Below, in pieces: positions 35,446 through 49,560 of a stretch of DNA of 64,000 nt; the stretch's first letter is position 1; each line of letters opens with the position of its first letter. The DNA comes from Azolla caroliniana (taxonomy: Eukaryota > Plantae > Polypodiophyta): the NCBI GenBank assembly GCA_043228905.1, contig JBHGNT010000015.1:124001-188000 (forward strand), in the 5' to 3' direction. The translations under genes were made by a program, and so were the position numbers. The notes beneath the pieces were generated by a model that ran no database searches, was not told the DNA's origin, and saw only the letters and a list, made by a program, of their open reading frames with translations.

Positions 35446-36737
35446 TGTGAAATGCACATAAGAGATCAAAACCAACCTAGTTAGCTTCTTACCTCTTACT
35501 CAATTTGTAGTTCATACAAAGGTAACCATTTGGGTTGGCTTAGCTAAAATGGGTGTGCTAAAAGGGTGGCACAAAGGAACACATGCACACCACATTTCCC
35601 CCATGAGAGAAACAAGACACTAAGGAGCATGAACATGAACAGGAACATGAGTAGTGGCTTGTTGAAGGAGGGGGAGCATCTGTTGGAGACAGAGCTCCCA
35701 AGTGGCATTATCCATGCTGGCAAGTTTTGAATTGGACATCAATGGACGATTCTGGTGGGAGGTGAGGGTTATGCCAATAGAGTGCTCAAAAAGGGTTGAT
35801 CCATGTCGACGCATGTACAAATGTATTGTAGGCGTGGGTAACGAAAGGCAAGATTTGTTCCCAGGTTTTGTGGCATGGATCGATGTAAGCGGCAATCTCC
35901 TTCTTGAGGGTGTTGTTGAGGCGTTCGGTGAGGTCATTTGTTTGAGGATGGTATGGGGACGTAAACATCAGTTGGACACCGAGTTGAGCTACAACAATGT
36001 TGAGGACATCCCCATGGAACTATCGGCCCTGATAGTTGGAAGAGGCTAGTGACGGAAAACAAGCTAGCAATCGGCGAATAAAGATCAATCGCTCTTGTGG
36101 ACTGAGGGCTACCTGGACTTGGTTGAGGTGGGGGACAAGAGGGCTATCGTGTACGAGCTAGCAATTGGTGGATAAAGATCAATCGCTCCTATGGATTGAG
36201 GGCAACCTGGACTTGGCTGAGGTGGGGGACAGGAGAGCTATAGGCAGATAGAGATCAATCGCTCATGTGGACTGAGGGTCACTTGGACTTGGTTGAGGTG
36301 GGGGACAGGAGAGCTATAGGCGGATACAGATCAATCGCTCCTGTGGACTGAGGGCCACCTGGACTTGGCTGAGGTGGGGGACATGAGGGCTATAAGCAGA
36401 TAGAGATCAATTGCTCCTATGGACTGAGGGCCACCTAGACTTGGCTGAGGTGGGGGACAAGAGGGCTATCATGTCGGAGGGGAATCGAGGAAACTCGTGG
36501 GACAAGAAGTTAGTGGGCAACCTAAGGTGAGGGGGAAGAGGTGGATGCTTGGACGTGGGGGACTTGGTACCCTGGATCTCCACCAATATGTGAAATGCAC
36601 ATAAGAGATCAAAACCAATCTAGTTAGCTTCTTACCTCTTACTCAATTTATAGTTCATACAAAGGTACCCATTTGGGTTGGGTTAGCTAAAAAGGGTGTG
36701 CTAAAAGGGTGGCACAAAGGAACACATGCACACCGCA
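35446..36737 (-). mobile_element. TRIM-sized non-autonomous gypsy element, 149-bp LTRs (35446-35594, 36589-36737)
   Basis: TG...CA direct repeats with TSD ATAT. PBS TGGTGGAGATccaGGGTA (tRNA-Ala-like) at ~36568-36585, PPT ggggaaa next to 35595, integrase fragment at 35786-35968. Confidence 0.88.
36075..36470. repeat. Five ~76-bp tandem repeats within the TRIM-sized element
   Basis: Unit agatcaatcgctcctgtggactgagggccacctggacttggctgaggtgggggacaggagagcta. Confidence 0.9.
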
Positions 36738-39700
36738 ATATAATATAGACCATAGTCATTTTTTGAAATTCAACTTATAAATCCAATCGAACTTATGATT
36801 TATCATACACGTTTGATTCAATCATTTTCGAATGCGAATCCAAGTATGGTATGTATGGTTCATTCTGCACATATTAATCTCGTCTTTATATGTATGTATG
36901 TATGTATATATGTGGCAAATCAACAGCAGATCAAAGAGGATGTATGTACATATTTTATATGTATGTATATGAAGGGTGCAAGAATAGACAGACAGACAGA
37001 CAGAGAAGACTAGACACAGACACAGACACAGACGACGTTCCGTTCTGGGGGCAGCCACATGGATATGCAGGGGCGTTCCTCTGCATCCTTGGATGGACGC
37101 AGCAACGCAGGAAGAAGATCTCACACTGGTGTCCAGGCGCAACTCTACTCCGCCCGCTCCCCCGCCAAAGGCTTTGCCTCTTCTCGCATTTCCACTTATC
37201 GCCCTCTTGGTAAGCAAGCAAGAACCAGATATGTGTGAAGGAATATTCAGAAAGCAATCATCTATTGTCATTTTCATGTCATCATCCTGCATTTGCAACA
37301 ACGGATAGTAATAAAAACAGGACCTTTGTACGTGGTAAAAACTCCAAAATACTGCAGTATTTTTTTCAATGACTTCCCCTCAATGCCCTTTGTCAATCCC
37401 AACTCAAGCAATTCATATAAGCTATCAGAACAATTATGTAGTCATGTCATGCCTTTTTTATTAGTTAAATACGCTGCTTTAGAAATTTAATAGAACCTTC
37501 GTCTCTCTTTGAGAGATTGACCTGGGTAATCTGGGGAAATAAAGGGGCATTTTGGGATATGAAGAAAAACTTGGTGGTATTTTAGAATGGACAGATCAAA
37601 CACAAAAATTGCACCATGTACATATATTGTGGATGTTGATGCAAAATCTTTCAATATATTTATTATATGCATGCATTGAGAAAACTTCAAGATGATGCAA
37701 GAATGCAATTTACACATGTATTGAATATATTGATGTAATGAGAAGCAAATTGCAATGTACTCTAAGGCTGGTTGACCATGATGATCATCATCATAACTCA
37801 TCATATGTATAAACATCACACATTGTACAAATGCAAGGCATTTTTCTATGTTAACAAAGATGAGAATATGTATAACCAATATATACTCAGTAACTGGCAT
37901 GCATCAACATAGATCCTAATCCAAAATTGTTCTTTCCATAACATAGAAAACTAAGATGAGACTTGGACTTGGATTTTTTTTCTAAGTATTCCAGAAATCA
38001 ATATGTAATATTTTCATTTTATTAAATCAGGCACCCCTGATGTCAAGCGGGATGGGTCATTATTACCGAAAATTGGTAAACTGTACCATTCTCAATGCTC
38101 CCAAAATAGAGGCGAGTTTGAAGACATACAAACAGACTTTGTATTGCCAATGAGATTGAGAGAATGTTATTGGAATGGTGAACGCTGGTGTGGTACTCCT
38201 TTTTTACCAAGATTGGCCTCTGCTCGGAATGGTTATGCATACCTACATGATAAAATAAGAGCATCAAATAAACACTTGATAGCATGTAGGTAATTTCCAC
38301 TTTATCTTAAACCAGGATATTTTTCTTGATGCAGGTTTTTGGTTCAACTTAAGTTTTAATTGATTCTTAGCAATCTCATATATTTGATGGCCTCGATTAA
38401 CATTCACTTGCAACAAGATCACATATAAAGAATCTACTTGGGGAGCTGTTCTCTTGTTACATGATAATCAGAATTATTGTAGATATAGTACTTATATATA
38501 TTACTTTTGCTCAATAATCAGAAATTGGCCACTTGGAAAATCTGGTGGTTTTCTGGCACAATTAAAATATAGCCTTGTTTTTCTTAAAGATATAGAAATG
38601 AGGTAAAACCAAAAGCTACATCCATGTCAACCTTGTGGAGGTACAAATCTGAATTGTACTAAACTAGATTGCTCCCAATGTACAACGATATAGGAACCAT
38701 GGATATAATAAAACAGCAGAATACAATCTGCAAATTAAATAAATATATATGTGGGAGAGATAGAATACAAGTGGATCTGCCCACACACACTCTGATAGAA
38801 TAAGCAGATGCCATATGCCATCAATGTCCTCCATAGTGAACCTCCTGGGATATCGTAATTGAATTTGTGCATCCAAGTACCGGAAATGAGTTAATTTTTC
38901 TATGCTGAAATGTCAGTCATGATGCCATTTGGGCACCATCAAGATGAAATATCAGCCACATTCCCGAACTGTACAGTGGATTCCAACCTGAATATCTATG
39001 TCAAGGATGCTTCCATGTACTATGGCAAAAAGAAACTAACATGAAAAAAGTCTCTACCAAAGGATTGAAATGCCCAATCTTTGTCTGCCATCTCTGATGG
39101 TTATTGAGATTGCATTTGGATTTGAAAATGTTGTAACTTGCGCATTTGGCTTTGAAATGATGTCATGCATTTGCCCCAGTTATGCCCAAGTATTTGAAGG
39201 ATCTCACAGACTCAAAACCTTCACCTCTTTGTATTTGAGGCATTGGTAAACACCTGGCTGTTTGGTTTTGACTATCATGTATTTGGTTTTCCATATGTTC
39301 ACCAAAAGGCCCCTCTATATGAAAGTCCTTATGAGTGTGAATAAACATAGAAGAGAATATATTAATGTCTTGTTGAGGCCAGAATGGTCTGCATAAAGAT
39401 ACATTATCAATCGAAGATTTACACACATTCTCCAGTACAAGGGAAAAGAAATCTAACTAAAACCAAATTGCATTTACTAACCCTTGCTTTTCCTGCAAAT
39501 GCAACTAGACAGGACAATTTGATGGTTGCAGTGCATGACCAATCAGGCTGCTTGTCAGCAAAAGCTTATTGACATAGATAAGGCATCTCAAGTTCATAAT
39601 ACCCCATCTCTGAAGGGGACTATGGAAGAGCAATAACCATTACGATGATTGATTATATGTTTCTGTTGGTTAATCACTCAATCAGGCTGTACATGGTTGG

Positions 39701-40306
39701 GAAATGCCAAGACATCAATGGTGTATTCTACATATGGTTATGGAAAAGATTGATAAAGATATTCAGGACTGCACCTAACAACAGGAGAACTGAAAGTGTG
39801 GCTAAATTAGTTATATATAGGGGGTTCTTGATAATTCATATCTCATCTTTGGAGGGGACTATGGTAGAGCTATAGACCTAGTAACAATTATATGATTTCT
39901 CATAGAGCCCACATGTTTGTCTATATCATGATTTCAATTTCATTTTCTAGGTCTGGCTATGGAGAAGTGTGTCAATAGGGATTTGGCACGACAATTATCA
40001 ACAGGAGATCTGGGATTAACTTGGATAATCATTATATGACACAAATCAGAAGACCGGGGAAAATGGCTTGGATGATAGCATGGTTTTCAAGCAGTAGATG
40101 AAGCAGTCATCTGCTCCTATGTGGCTGCACGTCACCCGAGTTTATCTTTCTTGACATTAGAGATTATTACTAGCATCATAACATGGTATGTCTGGACCTC
40201 TGGCTGTCATTTGATTGTTGTGTGAAGTGACAACATATTCCCATTTCATAGTTTTTAAATGTAACCTTTCTAGGATTTTTCTATATGGGATTTATGTGTG
40301 AATTAG

Positions 40307-43300
40307 GTGGATCAAACGGATTTATTTTTCCCAGTGTGGAATGCATGTATGTCAGGCTTTGAGAAAGGGTTTAAGAATCAAGCTTAGGCTTCAATTTAAC
40401 AAATGAATTTGGATCTCTTCTAAGCATGCTCCTGTATTCTAAACTGTTGACTACCATAATAATGTAAAAAGAGTCTTAGCAGTTTGTACTTGAACATTAT
40501 TTAATACAAATTTCATGAAGTGAACTTTTTGAAACCCAATAAATGCTGTCTAAGTTATCTATCAGTTTTTTCTATGAAGCTAGGAATGGGAAATATTTTT
40601 TGAAAATCTCGAACTGGACAGAACCAAAGTTTAACTCTAAAGATCGTAGGCTAGGATGTGTTCGGACAGCGATTCCAAAGTTAAATCTAAGACATGTTAA
40701 TCAAGATTTTGAGTATTCTCGGCAACTTGCAAGTAATGCTGCCCTTGTTTTTGCATATCGTTCAGAAGCCAAACGGATTGCATCTGCTAGGTAAGTGACA
40801 TGCCAATTTGTATTGTAAGTTATGATTATCTAATATGAGTGATTAGAAAGTGAGAGGAGAGTCAAGTCTATCCTCGGGGGACTTGACTTTCAGAAAATTG
40901 TGAAGAGCCTCATAATGTTCATCAATCAAAAGCCAAGTGTGTCTACCCATCCTATGGTTGATAAATCTGAGTGCTTAGGGTTGGTAACTATGAGTGCTGC
41001 CAGTAAGTTGAGGATAAAAAAGTAGTACTGATCTCTCTGGTTTTTAGTCCCTGATTTATGAGGGCGTCTGCTTCTGCTATTATCTTGAAAAGTGCACCTC
41101 CATGACAGAGAATTCCATCCGCTTTGTTAGGTTGATAGGGAACCTCTAACGAAATTCTCCATGTCAAAAATGTTGATCCCTCCTAGAAGTAGAGCATAGA
41201 AATCTGCTTAGAGGTATAGCTGGACTCATAAATGTATAATCTAGGTCAATTGTAGCACACCCTCTAGAATCAAGGCAAAGATCTGTTCTATCAAATCTAC
41301 TAACCTGCAGTATATAGTGGGGTTCATGATAAGGATGTTGGACTGGTTTTTGTTGAGTACAGATATGGGTATGTGAAAGAGATGTGATGGCGTGATCGAT
41401 TGCTCCAAAACACCAAGGGTGTGAGCCTTTGTGTGAGGAGTGAGCCTTTGTGTGAGCCTTTGTGTGAGCCTTTGAGCCTTTGTGAGCCTTTGTGAGCCTT
41501 TGTGAGCCTTTGTGAGCCTTTGTGTGAGCCTTTGTGTGAGCCTTTGTGTGCAGAAAAATGGAGAGGAAACTCTAGCCGCAAAAAGTCCCTATTTCATTAT
41601 GAGAGATTTGGGACCAATTGTTATTGATAAATTACTTTTAGGTCATTTGGGCATTTTCACACATGGCCGGTGACCAAAAGTTGTAAAGATAATGTAAATG
41701 CCTATAAGCCCCCAAATTGGGGCCAAAAATATAGTAAAACTATGTCTGGAAAGCTCTCTAAGAGCTTTGACATGGAAGGGTTAAAATATACGAAAAAAGA
41801 GTCCTTCAGGAATTTATCCCCAACAACCTCCCACTTAAAGGACCAAGGAAACTCCTTTAAGCTAAGCAACCCCCACCATCTGTATCACATAGTTGACGTT
41901 ATGCCTTGGGTAGACACTTTGTGAGAGCATTTGCAGGATTCTGTGAAGTATTGACCTTGCTTCAAGGATTAGGCCATCCACTAGCACCTCTCTGATGAAG
42001 TGGTATCTCACATCAATATGCTTTCTGCAAGCATGAAACGTTGCATTCTTTGCCAAAACATATGGCACTCTAGGTATCACATTCAAGAACAAGTGCCTTT
42101 TCAGGCATCCCAAACTCATTGCACAAGCAGGCTAACCAAATGGCTTTTTTGGAAACCTTTGTGGTTGAAATATATTCAACCTCTGTAGTATATAGTGTAA
42201 CTATCCTCTGAAGTCTAGAGCACCATGAAATAGCTCCGCTTTCAAGGGTGTATACATAGCCACTTGTGGACTTGCGTGTATCCACATCACCTGCCATGTC
42301 TAAATCACAAAATCCTTTTAACTCTAATGGACCCTTTCCATAACATAGGCATTTACCTTTGGTCCCTTTCAAATATCTGAAGATAGATTTGATTGCCTCC
42401 CAATGAGCTATACAAGGATAAGCCATTAACCTGCTAACAACTCCGACTGCATGAGCAATGTCTTGCAGAGTGGCAACCATAGCATACATAAGTGAACCAC
42501 AAGCTGATGCATATGCAACATTCTTCATGTGCATGAGCACCTGCTAACAACTCCGACTGCATGAGCAATGTCTGGCCAAGTGGCAACCATAGCATACATA
42601 AGTGAACCACAAGCTTATGCATATGCAACATTCTTCATGTGTCTGCATCATCATCTTTGGGACAATCATGCTTGGAAAGCTTAAAATGTGGCTGCAGTGG
42701 CATTCCAAGAGGCTTAGCATCAGCCACCTTAAATTTGTCCAGCACTTTTTCAATATACTTTTCTTCAGATAAATGCAAAGTATACTGCTGCCTATATCTT
42801 TTTATTTGCATACCAATAATATTCTCAGCTTCCGCAAGGTCTTTCATTGAGAATGCAGAGTCCAGGTGTTGTTTTAGAGCATTCAGAGTGCTCTTTGCTT
42901 CCCAGCCAGCAGCATATCATCTACATATAGTACGAGAATAATTGGGCTGCCATACTCATTCTTTTTTGTGTACAAATAGTGGTCTGCATGGCTTCTTTTG
43001 GACCCATGTTTGAGCATAAATGCATCAAACTCCTTATACCATTGCATGGGGGCCTGTTTCAGCCCATATAAGCTCCTTTTCAGTGTCCATACCAGATGCT
43101 CTTTTCCAGGAATGATATATCCTTCTCACTGTTTCATGTACAGTTTTTTGTCTAAATCACCATGCCAAAAGGCTGTTTTAACATCCATTTGGAATGATTC
43201 CAAATCCAAGGCGGCTGTGAGAGCAAACAAAACACTAGTGTGGTCATCATAACCATTGGAGAGAAAACCTCTTGGAAATCAATGCCCTCTTTTTGGGCAT

Positions 43301-46300
43301 ATCCCTTAGTGACTAGCCTTGCCTTATACTGGGTTTGTACCAACAATTTTGATTTTGTATACCCACTTGTTTGGAATGGCCTTCCTACCTTTGGGCAACT
43401 CAACCAAACCCCACATATCATTTGCATGCAAGGCATTTATCTCTTCCTATATGGCTGACTCCCACTTCTTCTTGTGCTCACATAATTTTGCCTCTTTATA
43501 AGTGAGAGGCTCACCCTCATCTGATAACATAATGTAATGTATAGAGAAATCATATCTATTCACTTGCCTCCTAGGACCTGTAGATCGTCTTACCCAATGA
43601 TCCGCATTATCGGGCAATGGATATACATCAGGAGGTACATTGACATCTTTGTTGTTAATTGGCTGCTGTACATCATTTCCAGCCCTGTTCTCAGCATGAA
43701 TAGGTGGCTGCATATGCCCATCATGAGCATCATTTTGCTGTCCAATCATTTGGCTCATTATCATTCAGCCAAATATGGTGCATCCCAAGGGTTCATGTCT
43801 GATTTAACGTGGGGCTGTACATGCTGAAATTTGACTCTTTTATGGTTGCACTTAAGAGGCAATGGATATACATCAGGAGGTACATTGACATCTTTGTTGT
43901 TAATTGGCTGCTGTACATCATTTCCAGCCCTGTTTTCAGCATGAATAAGTGGCTATGAGCAGCATCATTTGGCTCATTATCATTCAGCCAAATGTAGTGC
44001 ATCCCGAGGGTCCATATCAGATTTTACTTGTGGCTGTACATGCTGAAATTTGACTCTTTTACGGTCACAGTTAAGAGGCACAATCATTTTTTAGCAGACT
44101 TGCTTTATTAAATACAATATCTCGGCTGCTTATTACCTTCTTGAGTTGAGGTAGCCAAATCCTGTAGCCCATATCACCGTCATCTCCATAATCCATAAAG
44201 ATTACTTTCATGGACTTTGCAATGTGCATCTAACTTCTTCTCAACTCAGACCTTAAGCACAAAAGCATTACAACCAAAGATGCATAGGTGGTCATATGAA
44301 ACTAGTTTGCTAGACCAAACCTCTTTAGAAATGTCACCTTTTAAGGACATATGAGGGGATCTATTGCAAACATGAATTGAAATTTTCAAGGCCTCTCCCC
44401 AAAATCCATTAAGGAGATTAGATGTGGACAACATCCATCTCACCCTCACATGAAGTCTTGTTATACCTTTTAGCCTCACGATTGGAAAATGGACTGTATG
44501 GAACCGTTAGCTCCCTCTTAACACCCACATTTTCACAAAATCTATTAAATTCAACTCTTGTACAGTCACCCCCATTATCTGTGCGCAAATGTTTCAGCTT
44601 TCTGCCTGTTTGGGTGGTCACAAATGCAACGAAGGCTTCATCCTTAGAATTTATGAAATTTCCTCAAAGATTCCTAGTATAGTCACCAAAAAAAGAAATA
44701 AAATAAACAGCACCCCCATCGATTTGTGGGCATGTTGCAAACATCATAATGAACTAGATCAAGCAGATTAGGTTTACAAGAGATACCAGAGTAGTAGGAA
44801 TTCTTTACTTGCTTACCATATTGGCATTCATTACAAATATCAAGTTGTGAGCCTTTAGCATCAAATTTGTCCAAATTACATAGTTTATCAAGGTATTTTT
44901 GGCTCATGTGGCCAAGCCTTTTATGCCATAATTCCATATGTGAATGGATTGCAGCCAAAGCAATAAACTTGCCCATTAGAGCTTTACCATGCAAGCAATA
45001 GCGTCCCTTTCTTTGTACCTTTAACAAGTAGCCTAGAGCCTTTGATAAGCATCCATGACCCTTTCTCAAAGAGGTACTATATCCATGCATATCCATTTGT
45101 CCAATAAACTTTTCTTGCTGCTTGGTACATACCTTACATCATGTGAAACCAGATCATTAGTACCATCCAGTGTGAGATGCATTGTGCCAATACCTTCTAT
45201 AGAGCAAGCATGGTAATTTCCAAGATATACATGTCCATGGCTGCCTACATGACAGGTACTAAAACACTCCTTAATAGGAGTAACATGAAATGTTGCACCT
45301 GAATACAGGATCCATGTTTGTGGCAAAGCATCATTTAAAGTAAGCAAGGCATCAATTAGATCCTTCTTTGTAATCTGCACATCCTATTTAACAGAAGCAT
45401 TATTAACTGCAGCATGATTTGCTGCCATAGTAGCACAAAGAATATCTTTTGCATCTAATGGCTCCTCATTGTTGACACTAGAGGCCAATTGGTCTTCTCT
45501 TTGTCCTTGTCCCTAAAGCGGTTATGTGCTTCATTCTTGCTATCCTTTTTTTTCTTGTCACCTGTGTTCTTCTTTCTTTCTACTTTAGCTTTGTAGTGTA
45601 TGCAATAATAAGGTCTCTTATGACCTTTCCTACCACATTGATAACAAGTCACTTCAGCGTTGCCTTTGCTTTTGCTCTCGTTCCTCTGTACCTTTCCACT
45701 TTTATTTTCTATTCTTCCTCTAGCTACATTGGTTGAACCACTTCCCTCTTCACTAGCTTTCTTCCTTACGTCATCAAAGGTAAGACTAGATTTATTTGAG
45801 AGTGTAGCAACCAATGTTTCCCACGAATCACATAAGGTCATCAACAAGAAGATGGCCTTAAGCTTATAATAAAAGGAAGGTAATCCAGAGTCTTGCAATC
45901 GTGAGAGAGAACCTATAAAGGCAGATAAGTGCTCAGTTGCACTTTTTGACTCATTAAGTTGTATACACACTAGCTTACACATCAGATGCACTTGATTTAC
46001 AGGTGTGGTAATTTCATAAGTAGCTTTCAACTTCTCCCATACCTCGAAAGCAATTGTGAGGCCCTTATCTCATCTAATACAATCATCTTGATATAAGTGA
46101 TGGCCTTCTTATTTAGTTTCATCCATGCTACATCTGTGATATCTTCAGGCCTGACTTCAAAAAGTGCCCCTTCACAATCTTTAAGAAAGAGAATTCCTAA
46201 CATTCTCTTTCCATCAATCAAAACCACTACCTTCAAATCTCTTGATCTCAAACAAACTTTTCAGATTAGAGGTAATAGTCATGTTTACGGTCAACAGTTT

Positions 46301-49300
46301 TAAAAAAAAGGATAACCAAAAAAATGTAAAATCACATGCTATCTTGTGCATAATCACCCGATGAGACAAATTCTTCGCTATGAAACTCTCTAGACCTGAT
46401 CCCAGTTGAAAAGAGATGTCATGGCATTATTAGTTGTTGTGTGAGGAGAGAGAAAGTAGAGAAAATTGTGCAGAAAAATGAAGAGAAAACCCTAGCTGCT
46501 AAATGTCCCTATCTCATTATGAGAGATTTGGAACCGATTGTTATTGATAAGTAACTTTTAGGTCATTTGGGCATGTTAACATACAGACAATGACCAAAAG
46601 TTATAAAGATAACATTAATGCGTATAAGCCCCCAAATTGGGGCCAAAAATATAGTACAAATGTTTGGAAAGCTCAGTCAAAATATACAAAAAAAGAGTCC
46701 TCGGGGCCTTTATCCCTAACGATCTATGGCTACAAGGTTCCTGTCAATTGTTTGGAGAGGGAAAGAGTATACATCATAGTCCTATTTGTGCATAGTTTTT
46801 TATGGTACCTATTAAATAAAGGGAGAAAATTGCTAAATAAAGTAACAGTGTATATCATACTACATTTATAAGTAGCTTTATGAATTATCTATGTCAGTAT
46901 AGTGTAACCCATGTTAAATTCTTGATCCTTATTTTCATCTTTCTAGTAGTCTCTTTCCTTGTGAAGTTAGCCCATACCTCTCATACATGATTGTGGAGGG
47001 GTTGCAGCAGATTGCTTCTAAAAATGTAATGGTTATGTAGGTCTGTGTGTATCTCTCCAGGAATATTTCACATTGAAAATAAATTTTCTGCATCTTTGAA
47101 GAATGGATTGGTTACAGAACGACCTTCTTGTGGTGTGATACCTCCGAGCGCAGTTACAGATGCGAGTTTGCGACAATTAAGCAATATATTAGACAAAGAA
47201 ACAAGGTTTAAAGCAGTTCAAAACAATCTCAATGAACATTCCAAACAAATTGGGAATGCCATAGATTCAACTCGCCCATTCTCCTATACTCGCCAGTTCA
47301 TGTCTTTGAAGGTAAACAATCTCCACTTTCAATTCATAAAGTTTTTTCATATCTTTTGAGGGGAAATTGTGTTACTAATGTCTCCTCTTGGATGCAGCAT
47401 TTGAGTCCTGCTAGACAGAGTTGGGATAACAGACCAACTGACAGCCCTCACCGGATAGAAGCATTTAGGAAGGGACTTGAAGTTCATCAATGGTATGACG
47501 AACTCATTGGTATGATGTTTTTAGGAAACAGATCACCATCAAAACCAGAATTGGAGATATTATCTTACATAGCCAAGATCCTTGAGGTAATATTTCTCAC
47601 ATGATGCAGAAAATATTAAAGTTTTTTTTGAAATGTGATTTTCCAGTTTTGGATTCCTATTTGTGACATATTTCTAACATTGATGCAGAAATTTGGTTTG
47701 TGGGAGGGGAATGAAATAATTGAAATAAATTAGTCCTTGCTTTTTTTTCCATGTTGATTCTCTGCCTATCATTTCTCAAGCCGTTTTTCCTTATTGTATG
47801 CTTTCACGCTCGAGACTATTAGGGTGCTTGGCAGGGAAAAGGAATCCATTGCTTGAGCATGGGTAGCTTGGAATACAACGTGAATGGCATTATCAATGAG
47901 CCCATTAATTACATGAGGACAAACTTACTTATTATGCTTGAGGTGTTAAATAAGTATTATGGTCTTCATAGAGTATGGGTGATTTTGTTGATTGGAGATT
48001 GAGCAGATCCACGAATATGCATGTACTTAAAGCAAACTATCGTGTAACTCCATACCTGCATCTCCTCACTCTGCTGCCTTGCCAGCAAGTATGCTTATTC
48101 AGCAGGCTTAATTTTGAGAAAGACTGCGAAATGAGGAAGAGACAGTCATCAAATTTTTACTTATTGGAGCCATCTTTACTGGAGAGACCCAGATACCAGG
48201 AGATTTTGTTATTCCCAGGGAGGAGATATACAAGCATCCTAGACCTGGGAGCATTTTCCCCTGGCTTCGTCACAACACATATCCAGATTTATTGTACAGT
48301 TTTAGATGCTCCAATCCAGTAGCCAGGGTTTAAGTTTCCTATTAGAAAGATTGTGTAAATATTCCTAACCAGGAAATTCAAGTCAAGCAATTGATATTAG
48401 TATCAGAACTTCTATTTTATTGTCTGGATGACTCATAGTTGAGTTCCTGATTAGGCATTCAGTCCACAAAAGCTTCTTCTATGGTCATGAAATACTGAAC
48501 TTGCAAGAAGACAATTACAGACATTTTGTTCAACATTGAGGTTCTCCATTGTTGGTCGAGTTATGCTCCAACCAAACAAATCAAAACCAGAAAGCTTTCA
48601 ATTCTTGTGAGCAATGTGTAAAATGTTAGATGCTGCCGTTGAATTTTCATAAATGAATGTGGAATAACGTATATGATTTTCATGGTACTGCTCAACTTTG
48701 AGAAAAGGTAGATTGGAAGTTTTCAAAGAGCACTATAAGATTTTCACAACAATAGCTAAGTGGTTGGCCGCACCTTAAGTCATTCAACTTAATCCCTATT
48801 TCTCATTACAAAAGCATGAATTAAATGATGTTGAACTATGTTATGCAATAAATGGGAGAGTTATTCCTAAGGGAGCAATACAATTGCACTTTCTTCATTT
48901 ACATGGGCAATTACAATTGCACTATATTCATTGACACTTCTACTCTACTTCAACTGCCACCAACACAGTTTGATGCTCTATTCAGCTTGAATATAATGTC
49001 TTTTAAACCCTAAACCATATGTTTCTGGGTATGTTTCTCTATTTGCGAAAATGCCCATTTCTTCAAATTGTGTAGGGAACAAATTCTGGCATGCCCCCTT
49101 TTCAGTAATGTGTATTGATAAGTGTTTTGATTGTATGTTTTACTGTACATTTTATCTCATTCTCCATTGAATAGTTTTGTGCATTGCTCGGAACATAAAC
49201 AAAAGATAGTCTTGCATACACAAATTAATCTCTTAAGCATGTTTTCAGAAATCTTCAAGTTTATGAAATTCAAAATTCATTTGTAAGTTTGTGATATGGA

Positions 49301-49560
49301 TGCAGGCTGGGTCACCATTTGGTGCAGATGATTATGTAAAGTTACTCAAACATCTTGAAAAGATAAGAACTGATCTCAATGACTATGCCACAAGCCAAGC
49401 CATGATCCATATAAGGCTTGCATTGGATATACCAGATGAGGCACTCTTAGAGGGTTACCTTCGCACATGTCATACTATTCCAGCATTTTTGGCCAGCATT
49501 GATGTACCCAACAACTATAGCCGATTAACATGTACTAGATTACGTGAAGTCACAACATAA
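40307..49560 (+). CDS. Unidentified multi-exon gene or pseudogene (candidate exons 40307-40346, 40584-40790, 47061-47311, 47398-47586, 49306-49560)
   Basis: These are open frames bounded by AG/GT sites. The last three join in phase 0 (...FMSLK|HLSPAR...AKILE|[10 protein letters not shown]...EVTT*). The upstream exons do not join cleanly and I recognise no family. Confidence 0.45.
41372..46721 (-). mobile_element. Old degenerate Ty1/copia element C (LTRs ~41372-41825 and ~46407-46721)
   Basis: 41548-41825 is similar to 46467-46721. A PPT lies next to 41826 and a degenerate PBS at ~46395-46404. Frameshifted gag, PR, INT ([17 protein letters not shown]), RT and RH fragments are present. Confidence 0.85.
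41421..41548. repeat. (GTGAGCCTTT[GT])n 10-12 bp minisatellite in copia C LTR
   Basis: About 11 units, absent from the partner LTR. Confidence 0.9.

Noticed and set aside
36075-36470. CRISPR-like repeat array
   Set aside because: The units are contiguous with no unique spacers, there are no cas genes, and the context is a eukaryotic TE.
47975-48322. 115-aa ORF inside the unknown gene
   Set aside because: Its likely acceptor is out of phase with the flanking exons and it has no recognisable motif.
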